A stretch of 64,000 nucleotides of DNA from a virus. The stretch spans positions 96,001 through 160,000 of the IMG/VR virus record IMGVR_UViG_3300042520_001767; one strand, written 5' to 3'. Within the stretch, counting starts at the first letter, position 1; each line of letters begins with the position of its first letter. The notes below the pieces were generated by a model. The model did not search any database, had not been told where the DNA came from, and was given only the letters and a program-made list of their open reading frames with translations. Position numbers and translations under genes: made by a program. Of the stretch, positions 1 to 10,518 are shown piece after piece.

Positions 1-189
1 AACACGTTAATATTAAATAAAAAAAACTACATTATGACATCAGCAGTTTGTTATCATCATGAAAGTGTTACTAGAAATAAAGATGAATATAAAAACAAAA
101 AAATGAGTGAAGATATGTCAATTAGATTATTACCACACTTAGAAAAAAATAAAGAAAAAATAAAGAAGTTTATTAATGTAATTGATTAA
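1..189 (+). CDS. partial (5'-truncated) GT2-family glycosyltransferase, C-terminus
   Basis: Frame 1 is open from base 1 to TAA at 187-189 (NTLILNKKNYIMTSAVCYHHESVTRNKDEY...). The YHHESVTR motif is typical of GT2 C-termini. TAATG overlap with the next gene. Confidence 0.5.
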   Translation, partial: NTLILNKKNYIMTSAVCYHHESVTRNKDEYKNKKMSEDMSIRLLPHLEKNKEKIKKFINVID

Positions 190-1064
190 TGGAAAAAATA
201 AATATTTTAATTGGCTGTTTATCGTTTAAGGAATTAACTGGTTCTGAATTATATGTTTTTGAATTGGCTAAAGGATTAAAAAAAATAGGACATAACGTTA
301 GTATAATATCACCAATTATTGGTAATCCTTTAATTGATATGGCTAATGAATTATACATCCCTGTTTATAATATTAATTACCCACCAAACGAAAAATTTGA
401 TTTAATCCATTGTCAACATAAAAGTGTTACAACAAATCTAATATCAATATACCCAGATATAAAAAAAATATGTAGTATACACTCTGAAGTAACAGTTGAA
501 GAATACCCAGTAATTCATGAATCTATTCATAAATATATTGCTATTCGACCATCTATTAAAGATATGTTAATAAATACCTTTAATATTAATGAAAAAATAA
601 TAGAATCTATATATAACCCAATTGATATTGATAGATTTAATTTAAATGATACTAAAAACTTAGGGTATGTTTTGTTTGTTGGTAGCTTAGAACATTTAAG
701 AGAAAAATCATTATTCGACATTAGTGAATATTGTATAGAAAACAATAAAGAATTATGGATTGTTGGTAAAAATCATAGTAATTATTTGCAACTTCTGTTA
801 TCGCAAAAACATGTTAAATATTTCACTGAAACTAATGAAATAGAAAAATTTGTTAAGGAGTGTGATGAAACAGCTGGTATACTTTTAGGTAGAACAACTA
901 TTGAAGGATGGATGTGTGGTAAAAAAGGTTGGATTTATAATGTTGATTCATCTGGTAATATTTTAAGTAAACAATTACACGATATTCCAGAAGACATTGA
1001 TAAATTTAAAAGTGATAATGTTGTTAAAGAAATCATACAACAATACATTTCAATTATAGAATAA
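189..1064 (+). CDS. GT4 (GT-B) glycosyltransferase
   Basis: TGSELYVFELAKGLKKIGHNV N-terminus, DLIHCQH, IYNPID and LFVGSL; EGWMCG resembles the EAMACG motif. Confidence 0.75.
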   Translation: MEKINILIGCLSFKELTGSELYVFELAKGLKKIGHNVSIISPIIGNPLIDMANELYIPVYNINYPPNEKFDLIHCQHKSVTTNLISIYPDIKKICSIHSEVTVEEYPVIHESIHKYIAIRPSIKDMLINTFNINEKIIESIYNPIDIDRFNLNDTKNLGYVLFVGSLEHLREKSLFDISEYCIENNKELWIVGKNHSNYLQLLLSQKHVKYFTETNEIEKFVKECDETAGILLGRTTIEGWMCGKKGWIYNVDSSGNILSKQLHDIPEDIDKFKSDNVVKEIIQQYISIIE

Positions 1065-1066
1065 CT

Positions 1067-2083
1067 ATGAGAAAAATAAAAAATTGGGTTACAAATAAAA
1101 TCGCTACTATTTCATTAGCCACGGCTAACGTTGAAAAAAATGCGTTAAGTCAAGTAGGTGAATCATTAGGTACTGATGTAAACCATTCACAAAGACACAC
1201 ACAAGGTCAACTAGCTGACTCTTTAATAAATGGTGAACTAACACAAGAGGTTCTTAACCTTCGTTGGAGAACATATAAAATAATGCGTGAATCTGAAGGT
1301 GTTACATCCGAAATTATTGGTTATGATGAAGAAAACAGACCGATAGTTGAAACTCGCAAAATAAACGTAAAAGCTGGTCTTGAAAAAATTAAATTAGATA
1401 CATTTGATTATTACCCTTTAGAAATGGTTATTGATAACTATGACATAACTCTAGGTGTTAATCAAGCGATGGATAATGATAATATAACTATATTTGATGA
1501 AGTAATTATAAACCAAAATACTGAACAAATAAGTATGACTGGACCAATTGGTCCAGATGGTCAAAAAGATATTGTTGTTGAACCAAGTAAAGTTGAATTT
1601 TCAGCATCTCATGGTTCAATCAGTGGTACTGATTATTTTACCACCAACAAATCTGAACGACCAATTATGATTATTAGGAATCAAATACCTAAATTTAGAT
1701 TGGAAACATATACAAAAAAACTAAACATTAGAAAAATAAACGAAACAGAACGTTTATTAGAATTTTATGTTAGTAAGTATGCAGACGAATACAATCGAAC
1801 CAGCAGATTATTCCTTAGTGATTTAAAGAAAGCTATGATTGAACCAGAAAAATCCACTATAATTGAATTTGAAGGTGTCAATTTCATCACATATAAATCA
1901 ATGGGTGCTAATGATTTTTTAGAATTTGAATATGATAATATATCATATGATAAAATTATTGAATACAATGGGTTTTATGTTGTTAAATTTATTGGAACAG
2001 TTAAAATTGACGGTAGAGATATTTTAGATGAACATAGAATGGTTGAGCTAGATAAAAAATATGAAAATAAAGAAAAAAAATGA
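1067..2083 (+). CDS. hypothetical protein
   Basis: 338-aa ORF tightly coupled to its neighbours; no motif recognised. Confidence 0.6.
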   Translation: MRKIKNWVTNKIATISLATANVEKNALSQVGESLGTDVNHSQRHTQGQLADSLINGELTQEVLNLRWRTYKIMRESEGVTSEIIGYDEENRPIVETRKINVKAGLEKIKLDTFDYYPLEMVIDNYDITLGVNQAMDNDNITIFDEVIINQNTEQISMTGPIGPDGQKDIVVEPSKVEFSASHGSISGTDYFTTNKSERPIMIIRNQIPKFRLETYTKKLNIRKINETERLLEFYVSKYADEYNRTSRLFLSDLKKAMIEPEKSTIIEFEGVNFITYKSMGANDFLEFEYDNISYDKIIEYNGFYVVKFIGTVKIDGRDILDEHRMVELDKKYENKEKK

Positions 2084-2715
2084 GTATATTAAGTAAATAT
2101 TTTGATAAGGTTTATTGTGTTAATCTTAATCGAAGACCAGATAGATGGCAGAAAGTAACTGAAGAATTTAAAAAATTAGGGTTTGATGAAGTTGAAAGAT
2201 ATGAAGCTATTGATGGTAAAGAATTTGATTGGTCAACAATAAAATATAACCCAACTTTATTGGTTGGTGAATTAGGTTTAATTGAAACTCATATCAACTT
2301 AATAAAAGAAGCTGCTGAAAATAAATATAAATCAGTTTTGATTATGGAAGATGATGTTTATTTCACTCCAGAAATACAAAAATTAGATGAGTATATGGAA
2401 GCATTACCCAAAGATTGGGATATAGTATATATTGGTGGAAACCATTCTTATGGTCAAACACCAACAAAAGTTAATGATAAGATTTTAAAGTTAAATAAAA
2501 CATATACAACACATTGTATTGTGATTAAAGATACTTTATTTGAAACAATCATTGCTATGACAGAAGGTCGTAAAAAACAAATAGATGTTTATTATGCTGA
2601 TTTACAAAATGTTTATAATGTTTATGGTTTTACACCAAATATGGCTTTACAAACAATTGATTTCAGTGATATTCAAAATAGACAAGTAAATTATAACGGT
2701 TATTTTAATCAGTAA
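2080..2715 (+). CDS. GT25 glycosyltransferase
   Basis: YCVNLNRRPDRW, EAIDG, LIMEDDV and WDIVYIG motifs. Confidence 0.8.
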   Translation: MSILSKYFDKVYCVNLNRRPDRWQKVTEEFKKLGFDEVERYEAIDGKEFDWSTIKYNPTLLVGELGLIETHINLIKEAAENKYKSVLIMEDDVYFTPEIQKLDEYMEALPKDWDIVYIGGNHSYGQTPTKVNDKILKLNKTYTTHCIVIKDTLFETIIAMTEGRKKQIDVYYADLQNVYNVYGFTPNMALQTIDFSDIQNRQVNYNGYFNQ

Positions 2716-2717
2716 TT

Positions 2718-3452
2718 ATGTTAGAAAATAAATTAATAATTGTTGTTACATCATACAATGTTGGTAAGTATATTGAAAGATGTTTAGAATCAATAAAAAA
2801 TCAAACATATGAAAATTTTAAATGTTACATCACAGATGATTTATCGACAGATGATAGTGTTGAAAAGATTAAAAAAATTATATCACAAGATAATAGATTC
2901 TTTCTTATAGAAAATAAAGAAAAAAGATATCAGTGTGGTAATTATGATTTAATTTGTCGTGAAACAGAAAAAATAGATGATGAAGATATTGTTATTGAAG
3001 TTGATGGTGATGATTACCTTTCATCAGACGATGTTTTTAACAGAATAGTTGATTATTACAAATACAATAACATTTGGATAGCTAATGGTAGTTTTATTTT
3101 TGAAAGTGGTGGTAAAGGTTTTACCAAAGAAATTACTGATTTAACAAAAATAAGAGTAGAACCATTCACCGCATCACATATTAGAACATGGAAAGTTTTT
3201 TTATGGAGAGCAATTGATGTTAATGATTTAAAAGATGAAAATGGAAATTGGTGGACCGCTGGTGGTGATTTAATCTTTATGTATGATATGTTGGAAATGG
3301 CTGGGTTAGAACATTACAAACATATGTATGAAGTTAATTACGTTTACAACGATTCAAATCCAATAAGTGATGGTAGAATACATTTAGAATACGTTAACAA
3401 GTTAAACACGTTAATAAATAATAAAAAACCTAAAGAAAGATTAATTAGATGA
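2718..3452 (+). CDS. GT2 glycosyltransferase
   Basis: YIERCLESIKNQTYENF, DDLSTDDS and a DGDD DxD motif. Confidence 0.8.
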   Translation: MLENKLIIVVTSYNVGKYIERCLESIKNQTYENFKCYITDDLSTDDSVEKIKKIISQDNRFFLIENKEKRYQCGNYDLICRETEKIDDEDIVIEVDGDDYLSSDDVFNRIVDYYKYNNIWIANGSFIFESGGKGFTKEITDLTKIRVEPFTASHIRTWKVFLWRAIDVNDLKDENGNWWTAGGDLIFMYDMLEMAGLEHYKHMYEVNYVYNDSNPISDGRIHLEYVNKLNTLINNKKPKERLIR

Positions 3453-4306
3453 ACGAACTTAAAGAAATAATTGAAAAAAACACAAAAGTTGATTTTTATT
3501 TTCCATTTTTGAAAAAAAAACAACCTAAAAAAAACTTCATATCTGTAATAATCCCAGTTATGGGTAGAACTAATTTTTTAAAGCCACTTATTAAAACAAT
3601 TAAAAAAGGAATTAAAAATACTGATAAAAAAATAAACATTACTATTGTAGAACATTCAGCTGAACCTTTATTTAAAAATGGTTGTGAAGAATTAAATATT
3701 GATTATTTTTGGATAGGTAAAAATATAGATGAACCATTCAATAAGTCACTTTGTCATAATATTGGGGCTATGTTAAATAGAAATAGTGATAATTATCTTT
3801 TTCATGATTTAGATTGTTTAGTTTTTGATGATTTTTTCATTAACATTATAAAAGAATTAGAATCTGGTTCAACAGCTCTACAAACATTTAGAGATAGAAG
3901 ATTATATTATTTACCAGATGAATTAACAGAAAAAATCGTTAAAAATGAAATAGATATTAGCGATATTGATATTACAGATGAAACAATTGTTTTAGGTGAC
4001 ACTGGTGCACCAGGTGGTTCAATATGTTTAAATAAAAATCTTTTTATTGAAATAGGTGGTTATGACCCAGAATTATTTCATGGTTATTCACCAGAAGATA
4101 TGTTTTTTTGGAAAAAAATGGAAACATTCACAAACATTATTTCAGTAAATAATGAAATATTACATATGTCACATGAACGTTTAAATAACACAAATAAATA
4201 TATTAAAGAAATGATAAAATACGTTCAAATATTTAATGGATTAGATAATCATAACAAGTTAGAATTTCTAAATTACAAGAAAGAAATAATAGAAAAAATT
4301 TTTTAA
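3449..4306 (+). CDS. GT2/GT7-type (galactosyltransferase-like) glycosyltransferase
   Basis: ISVIIPV, FNKSLCHNIG, HDLD and GGYDPELFHGYSPED (GT7 C-terminal GGxDExFxGWGxED-like). Confidence 0.7.
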   Translation: MNELKEIIEKNTKVDFYFPFLKKKQPKKNFISVIIPVMGRTNFLKPLIKTIKKGIKNTDKKINITIVEHSAEPLFKNGCEELNIDYFWIGKNIDEPFNKSLCHNIGAMLNRNSDNYLFHDLDCLVFDDFFINIIKELESGSTALQTFRDRRLYYLPDELTEKIVKNEIDISDIDITDETIVLGDTGAPGGSICLNKNLFIEIGGYDPELFHGYSPEDMFFWKKMETFTNIISVNNEILHMSHERLNNTNKYIKEMIKYVQIFNGLDNHNKLEFLNYKKEIIEKIF

Positions 4307-4307
4307 T

Positions 4308-5111
4308 ATGATATATTGTAAATTAAAAGGTGGTTTAGGTAATATGTTATTCCAAATAGCGGCAGCAAAATCTTTAGCTATTGATAATAATACTGATTGT
4401 TATTTCCCTAATTTATTAGAACATTTAAAATATTTGGATATTGATAAAACACATAACCCAGAACTTAATCATAGTAACGAATATATTCAAATATTAAAAA
4501 AATTAAAAGTTAATTCTTTACCACAAAATAGAACTAGTTTAATAACGTATCCTTTTGATTTTATTGAAACACCTACAATAAAAGAAAACACAATAATAGA
4601 TGGTTTTTTTCAAAGTGAAAAATATTTTTCACATAATAGAAATGAAATATTAAAATTTTTAAATTTTGATTTTATTGAAAAAGAATCAATCGAAAAAAAA
4701 TATGAATTTATTTTTTCAAAACGTTGTACATCAATACACATTAGAAGAGGTGACTATTTAAAATACCCAAATCATCATCCAGTTCAAACATCTAAGTATT
4801 ATTTAGATGCGATTGAAATTTTAAATAAAGATACTGATTTATTTATTGTTTTTAGTGATGATATAAATTGGTGTAAAGAAAACCTAAAACTAGATAACAT
4901 CATTTACATTGAAGGTGAAAAAGATTATATTGAACTATATTTGATGAAAAATTGTCATAATAATATCACATCAAACTCATCCTTTTCATGGTGGGGTGCT
5001 TGGTTAAATGAAAATCCAAGTAAAAAAGTTGTTGGACCATTAATATGGTTTGGTAATGCGATAAAACATAACACTGGGGATATATTACCCGAAAAATGGA
5101 TTAAAATTTAA
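4308..5111 (+). CDS. GT11 alpha-1,2-fucosyltransferase
   Basis: GGLGNMLFQ, GFFQSEKYF, SIHIRRGDY and NSSFSWWGAWL signature motifs. Confidence 0.9.
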   Translation: MIYCKLKGGLGNMLFQIAAAKSLAIDNNTDCYFPNLLEHLKYLDIDKTHNPELNHSNEYIQILKKLKVNSLPQNRTSLITYPFDFIETPTIKENTIIDGFFQSEKYFSHNRNEILKFLNFDFIEKESIEKKYEFIFSKRCTSIHIRRGDYLKYPNHHPVQTSKYYLDAIEILNKDTDLFIVFSDDINWCKENLKLDNIIYIEGEKDYIELYLMKNCHNNITSNSSFSWWGAWLNENPSKKVVGPLIWFGNAIKHNTGDILPEKWIKI

Positions 5112-5112
5112 T

Positions 5113-5523
5113 ATGGAAAAAATTTATTCAAAAGTAGAAGAAGGAAAACTATTACACATCATCAATAGATTAAGTGAAATAGAAGGTAGAACTGAAGCAG
5201 TTCCAGAAGATAACTTCATTCAATGTGCTACATTGAAAATGGAAAAAGGAAAAACATTCCCACCTCACAAACACATAACAAAAGATAGACACTACCCAGA
5301 ACAAATAGCCCAAGAATCATGGGTTGTAATCAAAGGAAGTGTTAAATGTATCTTTTACGATATTGACAACACAATCATCGCCACACCGATATTAGAAGCT
5401 GGTGATGCTAGTTTTACGCTTTATGGTGGTCATACCTATGAAATATTAGAAGATGATACTATTGTTTATGAATATAAAACTGGACCTTATGAAGGTCAAA
5501 AGTTAGACAAAACATTTTTATAA
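5113..5523 (+). CDS. WbuC-like cupin-fold protein
   Basis: FPPHKH, QESWVVIKG, GGHTYE and YEYKTGPY; located in a sugar cluster. Confidence 0.7.
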   Translation: MEKIYSKVEEGKLLHIINRLSEIEGRTEAVPEDNFIQCATLKMEKGKTFPPHKHITKDRHYPEQIAQESWVVIKGSVKCIFYDIDNTIIATPILEAGDASFTLYGGHTYEILEDDTIVYEYKTGPYEGQKLDKTFL

Positions 5524-5533
5524 CAAATACGAT

Positions 5534-6358
5534 ATGACTATTAACGATTACAAGTATGTAACGAATCAAATTTTCCCACATGGTGGTGGAACTAGGATTA
5601 GCTTTTTACTAAACGCCATCATGTTCTCAAAACTTGAAAACAAAGAATTTATAGTAACGCCTTTATCTTATGAGACAGAAAAAAAAGAATTCGATACAAA
5701 CCCAATAACAAAAACTTTTGATTACCCTAGTTACTGTAAAAGATGGGATAGTGTTTTAAATCTAGATGGTAAAAAAATATATGATTTACCCAAAGAAGAA
5801 TTTGAAAAAGTTTTACAGTTATGTTTTGCAACGTTTAATAATACACCACCATCGGACTCTATTATAAATGATAAAATCAGAGAATTAAAAACTGAAATTA
5901 AAAACGAATATTTTAAAATACCAAAAAAAGATAAAAATGGTAAACTTAAATTATCAGTACACATTAGACGCAGTGATGCGATATCATGGCCTCACAGATA
6001 TGTACCAAACGAGTATTATGTAAACACTATTAATATAGTTAAAGAATTCTTATCAAATCATAATATCGATTATGATTTAAAAATTTACACAGAAAGAATC
6101 GGCTTCAACAATAAAGGCTTTGAGGGGTATAAAATTTATTTTGATGATGAAGTGCTAGATACAGATGTTTGGGTTGATTTAATTAATTCTGACATAATAA
6201 TTGGTAGTAAAAGTGCGTTTAGCACTAGTGCTGGTATGTTAACAGATGGTATGTACATACACCCAGAAAAGGTAGACCAACTATTAGTAAGTGATTGGCT
6301 ATATAGTTGTGAATTAGATAACGACAAACTAAAAAAAAGATTCGATGAAATCAAATGA
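5534..6358 (+). CDS. divergent fucosyltransferase-like (GT11/O-FucT-like) protein
   Basis: SVHIRRSD and SDIIIGSKSAFS resemble fucosyltransferase motifs. Confidence 0.5.
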   Translation: MTINDYKYVTNQIFPHGGGTRISFLLNAIMFSKLENKEFIVTPLSYETEKKEFDTNPITKTFDYPSYCKRWDSVLNLDGKKIYDLPKEEFEKVLQLCFATFNNTPPSDSIINDKIRELKTEIKNEYFKIPKKDKNGKLKLSVHIRRSDAISWPHRYVPNEYYVNTINIVKEFLSNHNIDYDLKIYTERIGFNNKGFEGYKIYFDDEVLDTDVWVDLINSDIIIGSKSAFSTSAGMLTDGMYIHPEKVDQLLVSDWLYSCELDNDKLKKRFDEIK

Positions 6359-6956
6359 GGTAGAAATTAGAAAATGGTTTAGTGATAGAGGTGACTATAC
6401 ACATAATATAACATATGATTTAACAGAAGACTCTATAATCATTGATTTAGGTGGTTATACTGGTGTATGGGTTGAGCAAATGATAAACAAATACAATCCT
6501 AACGTTTACATAATAGAACCAATTGAACAATTTTATAACATTATTGTTGATAAATTTAAAAACAATGATAAGGTAAATGTTTTAAAGGTTGGTATTAGTA
6601 ATGAAGATAAAGACGGTGTGATTTATTTACATGGTGATGCGACATCCGCTAATTTATCTAACGGAACATCTGTAAGTGTTAAATTTAATAAAATGAAAAC
6701 ACTTCTAGATAAATGGAACCTAGAATCAGTTGATTTAATTCAAATCAACATAGAAGGTGACGAATACGAACTTTTAGAAGACATGTTAAAAACGGGCATC
6801 ATCAACACATTTAAAAATATTCAAGTACAATTTCACTATGGGATTGATGATGATATTAAAAGAAGAGAAAATATCCATAATGGGTTAAAAAGTAACGGTT
6901 ACGAAATAAAATTTAATTACCCATTTGTATGGGAGTCTTGGTATAAAAATAATTAA
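6345..6956 (+). CDS. FkbM-family methyltransferase
   Basis: IIDLGGYTG SAM motif, IIEP and DLIQINIEGDEY. Confidence 0.8.
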   Translation: MKSNEVEIRKWFSDRGDYTHNITYDLTEDSIIIDLGGYTGVWVEQMINKYNPNVYIIEPIEQFYNIIVDKFKNNDKVNVLKVGISNEDKDGVIYLHGDATSANLSNGTSVSVKFNKMKTLLDKWNLESVDLIQINIEGDEYELLEDMLKTGIINTFKNIQVQFHYGIDDDIKRRENIHNGLKSNGYEIKFNYPFVWESWYKNN

Positions 6957-6958
6957 TC

Positions 6959-7567
6959 ATGGTATATCTTATTGGTGATAGCCACACACAGTCTTTTGAT
7001 AGTAATTTTAAAACAATATGGTTAGAAGCACCTACTGCCTATCAAAATATAAAAAAAATAGGTCAAATTGATAGCAAATTAAACTTGTTAAATATTAACA
7101 AAGACACTGATTATTTGTTTTTTTCTTTTGGGGAAATAGATGTAAGATGTCATTTAGGTTTTATTTCCGATAATAATAACAGAAGCAACGAAGATGTCGT
7201 TTCCGAATGTTCAAATAGGTATTTATCATTCTTAGAATATTATATTAATTGTGGTTACAAAGTTGGTGTTTATGGTGCCGTACCATCTGGCCCCTACGAT
7301 GGGCTACAAGGTAACGGCATGGCTAGTTATAAAACACACGTTGAACGAAATAAACTAACCGAGATGTTCAACCAACAATTAAAAAATATATGTGAAAATA
7401 AAAACATATTATTCAAATCAATATTCTACGAAATTGTTGGTAAAGATAATTATTTTGATTATTTTAGCGTTGATGGGATTCATTTAAACGGTGGATTATT
7501 TAAAACAAAAAACGATGGCGTTAATTGTGAAGTTTTATTAAATGATTTATTTAAAGATTTGTTATGA
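6959..7567 (+). CDS. SGNH/GDSL hydrolase-like protein
   Basis: IGDSH (block I), FGEIDVR and the DGIH catalytic DxxH. Confidence 0.65.
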   Translation: MVYLIGDSHTQSFDSNFKTIWLEAPTAYQNIKKIGQIDSKLNLLNINKDTDYLFFSFGEIDVRCHLGFISDNNNRSNEDVVSECSNRYLSFLEYYINCGYKVGVYGAVPSGPYDGLQGNGMASYKTHVERNKLTEMFNQQLKNICENKNILFKSIFYEIVGKDNYFDYFSVDGIHLNGGLFKTKNDGVNCEVLLNDLFKDLL

Positions 7568-8094
7568 TAAAAGCATTAGGGAGTGATATAATTATTGATG
7601 AAGATGTTGTTGCTAAACAAGATTTAGTGATAAACGGTTCGCACGTTTCAATAGATAAAGGGTTTTATTGTACAACAAACACCACTATAGGTAATTATGT
7701 ACATATCGGACCTTATGTGACTATAATAGGTGGAAAAGAAGGAATGTTCACAGCAAAAGGTTTTAACAACATAATGGCTGGGGCAAGAATTGTATGTGGT
7801 TCAGATAGATTTGATGATAGCGGTTTATTTGGTGCTATGATTCCAAAAGAATTAAAAGGAACTCAAATAATCGAACCAGTAATCATGGAAGAATTTTCAA
7901 ACATTGGTACAAACGCCATTGTCTTACCAGGTTCAATACTTAGACGAGGTGTTTTACTAACTGCTGGAAGTTTATTAATAGGTGATACAGAAGAATGGGG
8001 GGTTTATAAAGGAAACCCAGCGGTGTTAATTAAAAAAATTGACCCAACAAAAATAATTGAAAATGCTAAAAAATTAGGTTATATTGAGAGCTAA
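7564..8094 (+). CDS. hexapeptide-repeat (left-handed beta-helix) acyltransferase
   Basis: IGNYVHIGPYVTIIGG, IGTNAIVLPG and WGVYKGNPA. Confidence 0.7.
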   Translation: MIKALGSDIIIDEDVVAKQDLVINGSHVSIDKGFYCTTNTTIGNYVHIGPYVTIIGGKEGMFTAKGFNNIMAGARIVCGSDRFDDSGLFGAMIPKELKGTQIIEPVIMEEFSNIGTNAIVLPGSILRRGVLLTAGSLLIGDTEEWGVYKGNPAVLIKKIDPTKIIENAKKLGYIES

Positions 8095-8884
8095 AATAAA
8101 TATGATAGGTGGTGGTTTTAACCACAGCGTATCAACCAACGACATGGAACCTAAATTTATCCAATGGGTTAAAGATGGTTCAGCACCGATTTCTATATAT
8201 ATTGACAATGGGTTACATATACCAACAAACCCAAAAACTAAAAATTATGGATGGTTATGTGAATCTAAAACAATAATACCAACACATTATGAATGGTGTA
8301 AAAGAAATATTAAAACTTTAAAAAATAAATTTATAAAGGTTTTTACACATGATGTTGAATTAGCAAAAATATCAGATATATTCCAACTCACTCAATGTAG
8401 TGCAAAGTCTTATTTTGCTCATGGTGAAATGTATCCAAAAAATAAATTGATTTCAATGATTGCTTCAAATAAAGTAAGATGTGTTGAACACGTTTATAGA
8501 CAAAAAATGATTCTAAAATTTTCTAATAAATGTGACCACTTTGGTCGAGGATTTAGACCAATAGCAAACAAAGAAGATGGATTAAAAGATTATTGTTTTT
8601 CTATTGTAATGGAAAATGCAACATACGCAAACATGTTTACTGAAAAAATTACAGACTGTTTTATGACTGGGACTATACCAATTTATTACGGTATTTCAAA
8701 TATTGGTGATTATTTTGATACAAATGGTATTATAATTTTAAATGATGATTTTAAAATTGAAGATTTATCATTTGAACTATATGAATCAAAAATTGAATCA
8801 GTTAAAAAAAATCTACAATTATCTATTGATTTATTGGTTGCAGAAGATTATATTTATAAAAACTTTATTGAAATAACAAAATAA
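8084..8884 (+). CDS. GT10 alpha-1,3-fucosyltransferase-like protein
   Basis: YCFSIVMENA...FTEKITDCFMTGTIPIYYG alpha-1,3-FucT motif. Confidence 0.8.
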   Translation: MRAKINMIGGGFNHSVSTNDMEPKFIQWVKDGSAPISIYIDNGLHIPTNPKTKNYGWLCESKTIIPTHYEWCKRNIKTLKNKFIKVFTHDVELAKISDIFQLTQCSAKSYFAHGEMYPKNKLISMIASNKVRCVEHVYRQKMILKFSNKCDHFGRGFRPIANKEDGLKDYCFSIVMENATYANMFTEKITDCFMTGTIPIYYGISNIGDYFDTNGIIILNDDFKIEDLSFELYESKIESVKKNLQLSIDLLVAEDYIYKNFIEITK

Positions 8885-8897
8885 TTAAATAAAAAAT

Positions 8898-9500
8898 ATG
8901 TCATTTGAAATTATTACTGAATTTGAACAATCAATAGCTAAATTTTTTGGTTCACCTTATGCTGTAGCTGTAGATAGTTGTACACACGGTATTGAATTAT
9001 GTTTAAGATATACCAAAGAAACAAAAATAAGTGTTCCCAAAAGAACATATTTGTCGGTACCATTTTTAGCTGAAAAAATGAATTTAGAAAGAGAATGGAG
9101 AGATGAAGAATGGGAAGATTATTATACGCTTAACTATGGTGATAAAAAAATAATCGATGCGGCTGTTCTTTGGAAAAAAGACAGCTATATACCAAACACT
9201 TTCATGTGTGTTAGTTTTCAATATCAAAAACACCTTTCATTAGGTAGGGGTGGTATTATTTTACTAGATAATGAAGAAGACTTTATAACACTAAAAAAAA
9301 TGTCTTATGATGGTAGATTACCAAATATACCTTGGAGGGAACAAGATATTGACACTGTTGGATTTCATTATTATATGACACCAGAAACAGCTAAATTAGG
9401 TTTAGAAAAATTACCTGAAGCTATAAAAACTGAGCCAAAGAAATGGGTTGTTACCGATTGGCCAGATTTAACAAAAATTAAAATATTTAGTGAAAAATAA
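8898..9500 (+). CDS. DegT/DnrJ/EryC1/StrS sugar aminotransferase (short form)
   Basis: YAVAVDSCTHGIEL, IDAA, SFQYQKHLSLGRGG (PLP lysine) and GFHYYM; only 200 aa. Confidence 0.75.
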   Translation: MSFEIITEFEQSIAKFFGSPYAVAVDSCTHGIELCLRYTKETKISVPKRTYLSVPFLAEKMNLEREWRDEEWEDYYTLNYGDKKIIDAAVLWKKDSYIPNTFMCVSFQYQKHLSLGRGGIILLDNEEDFITLKKMSYDGRLPNIPWREQDIDTVGFHYYMTPETAKLGLEKLPEAIKTEPKKWVVTDWPDLTKIKIFSEK

Positions 9501-9504
9501 TTAT

Positions 9505-10515
9505 ATGGAAAATAAAACAAAAAAAGGTATTTATGAAGGGCGTAAGGCTTTTCTTACAGGAATTAATGGACAGGACGGGAGTTACTTAGCAGAATATTTA
9601 TTAGACTTAGGTTACGAAGTACATGGAATTATAAGAAGAAACTCCAGCGTTGAATCGCAACAAAGTAGATTTTCAGATGAGGTAAGAAGCAAAGTTAATA
9701 TTCACTATGGTGATTTATTAGACCAAGGTGGTTTAGAAAAATTGTTAGACCAAATTCAACCAGATGAGATTTATAATCTTGCCGCTCAAAGCCACGTAAG
9801 GATTAGTTTTGATATACCACAATTTACAGTACAAACAAACGCTATTGGAATTCTAAATATTCTTGAAGCCTATAGACGTTCATGTCCAACAGCTAAGTTT
9901 TATCAAGCGTCTTCATCTGAAATGTTTGGTAACTCAGTAGATTCTGATGGTTTCCAAAGAGAAACAACACCAATGACTCCAGTAAGCCCTTACGGTTGTT
10001 CTAAAGTATTTGGTTATAATATTGTTAGGAACTATAGAAATGCTTATAAACTTCACGCATGTAATGGAATTTTATTCAATCACGAATCACCTAGACGAGC
10101 ATCTAACTTTGTAACTAATAAAGTTGTAAAAACAGCTGTTGAAATAAAATTAGGTTTAACTGATAAATTAGTTTTAGGTAATATGGATTCTTATAGAGAT
10201 TGGGGTCATTCAAAAGATTACGTAAAAGCTATGCACTTGATTCTAAATCATGACACACCAGATGATTTTGTTGTATCAACAATGACAACACACTCAGTTA
10301 GAGAAATGGTTGAATATGTGTTTAAAAAATTAGATTTAGATTACTCCAAGTATGTTTCACAAGATGCTAAATTTCTTAGAGCTGAAGAATTAAAATATTT
10401 AAAAGGAGATTCAACTAAAATTAGAGAAAAACTAGGTTGGAAACCAGAATATACTTTCGAAACGTTAATGGATGATATGATTGACGGTTGGTTAGATAAA
10501 TTAACTAATAAATAA
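9505..10515 (+). CDS. gmd: GDP-mannose 4,6-dehydratase
   Basis: TGINGQDGSYLAE, YNLAAQSHV, FYQASSSEMFG, SPYGCSK, GILFNHESPRR and RDWGH. ATG at 9505 preferred over GTG at 9490. Confidence 0.95.
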   Translation: MENKTKKGIYEGRKAFLTGINGQDGSYLAEYLLDLGYEVHGIIRRNSSVESQQSRFSDEVRSKVNIHYGDLLDQGGLEKLLDQIQPDEIYNLAAQSHVRISFDIPQFTVQTNAIGILNILEAYRRSCPTAKFYQASSSEMFGNSVDSDGFQRETTPMTPVSPYGCSKVFGYNIVRNYRNAYKLHACNGILFNHESPRRASNFVTNKVVKTAVEIKLGLTDKLVLGNMDSYRDWGHSKDYVKAMHLILNHDTPDDFVVSTMTTHSVREMVEYVFKKLDLDYSKYVSQDAKFLRAEELKYLKGDSTKIREKLGWKPEYTFETLMDDMIDGWLDKLTNK

Positions 10516-10518
10516 ACT

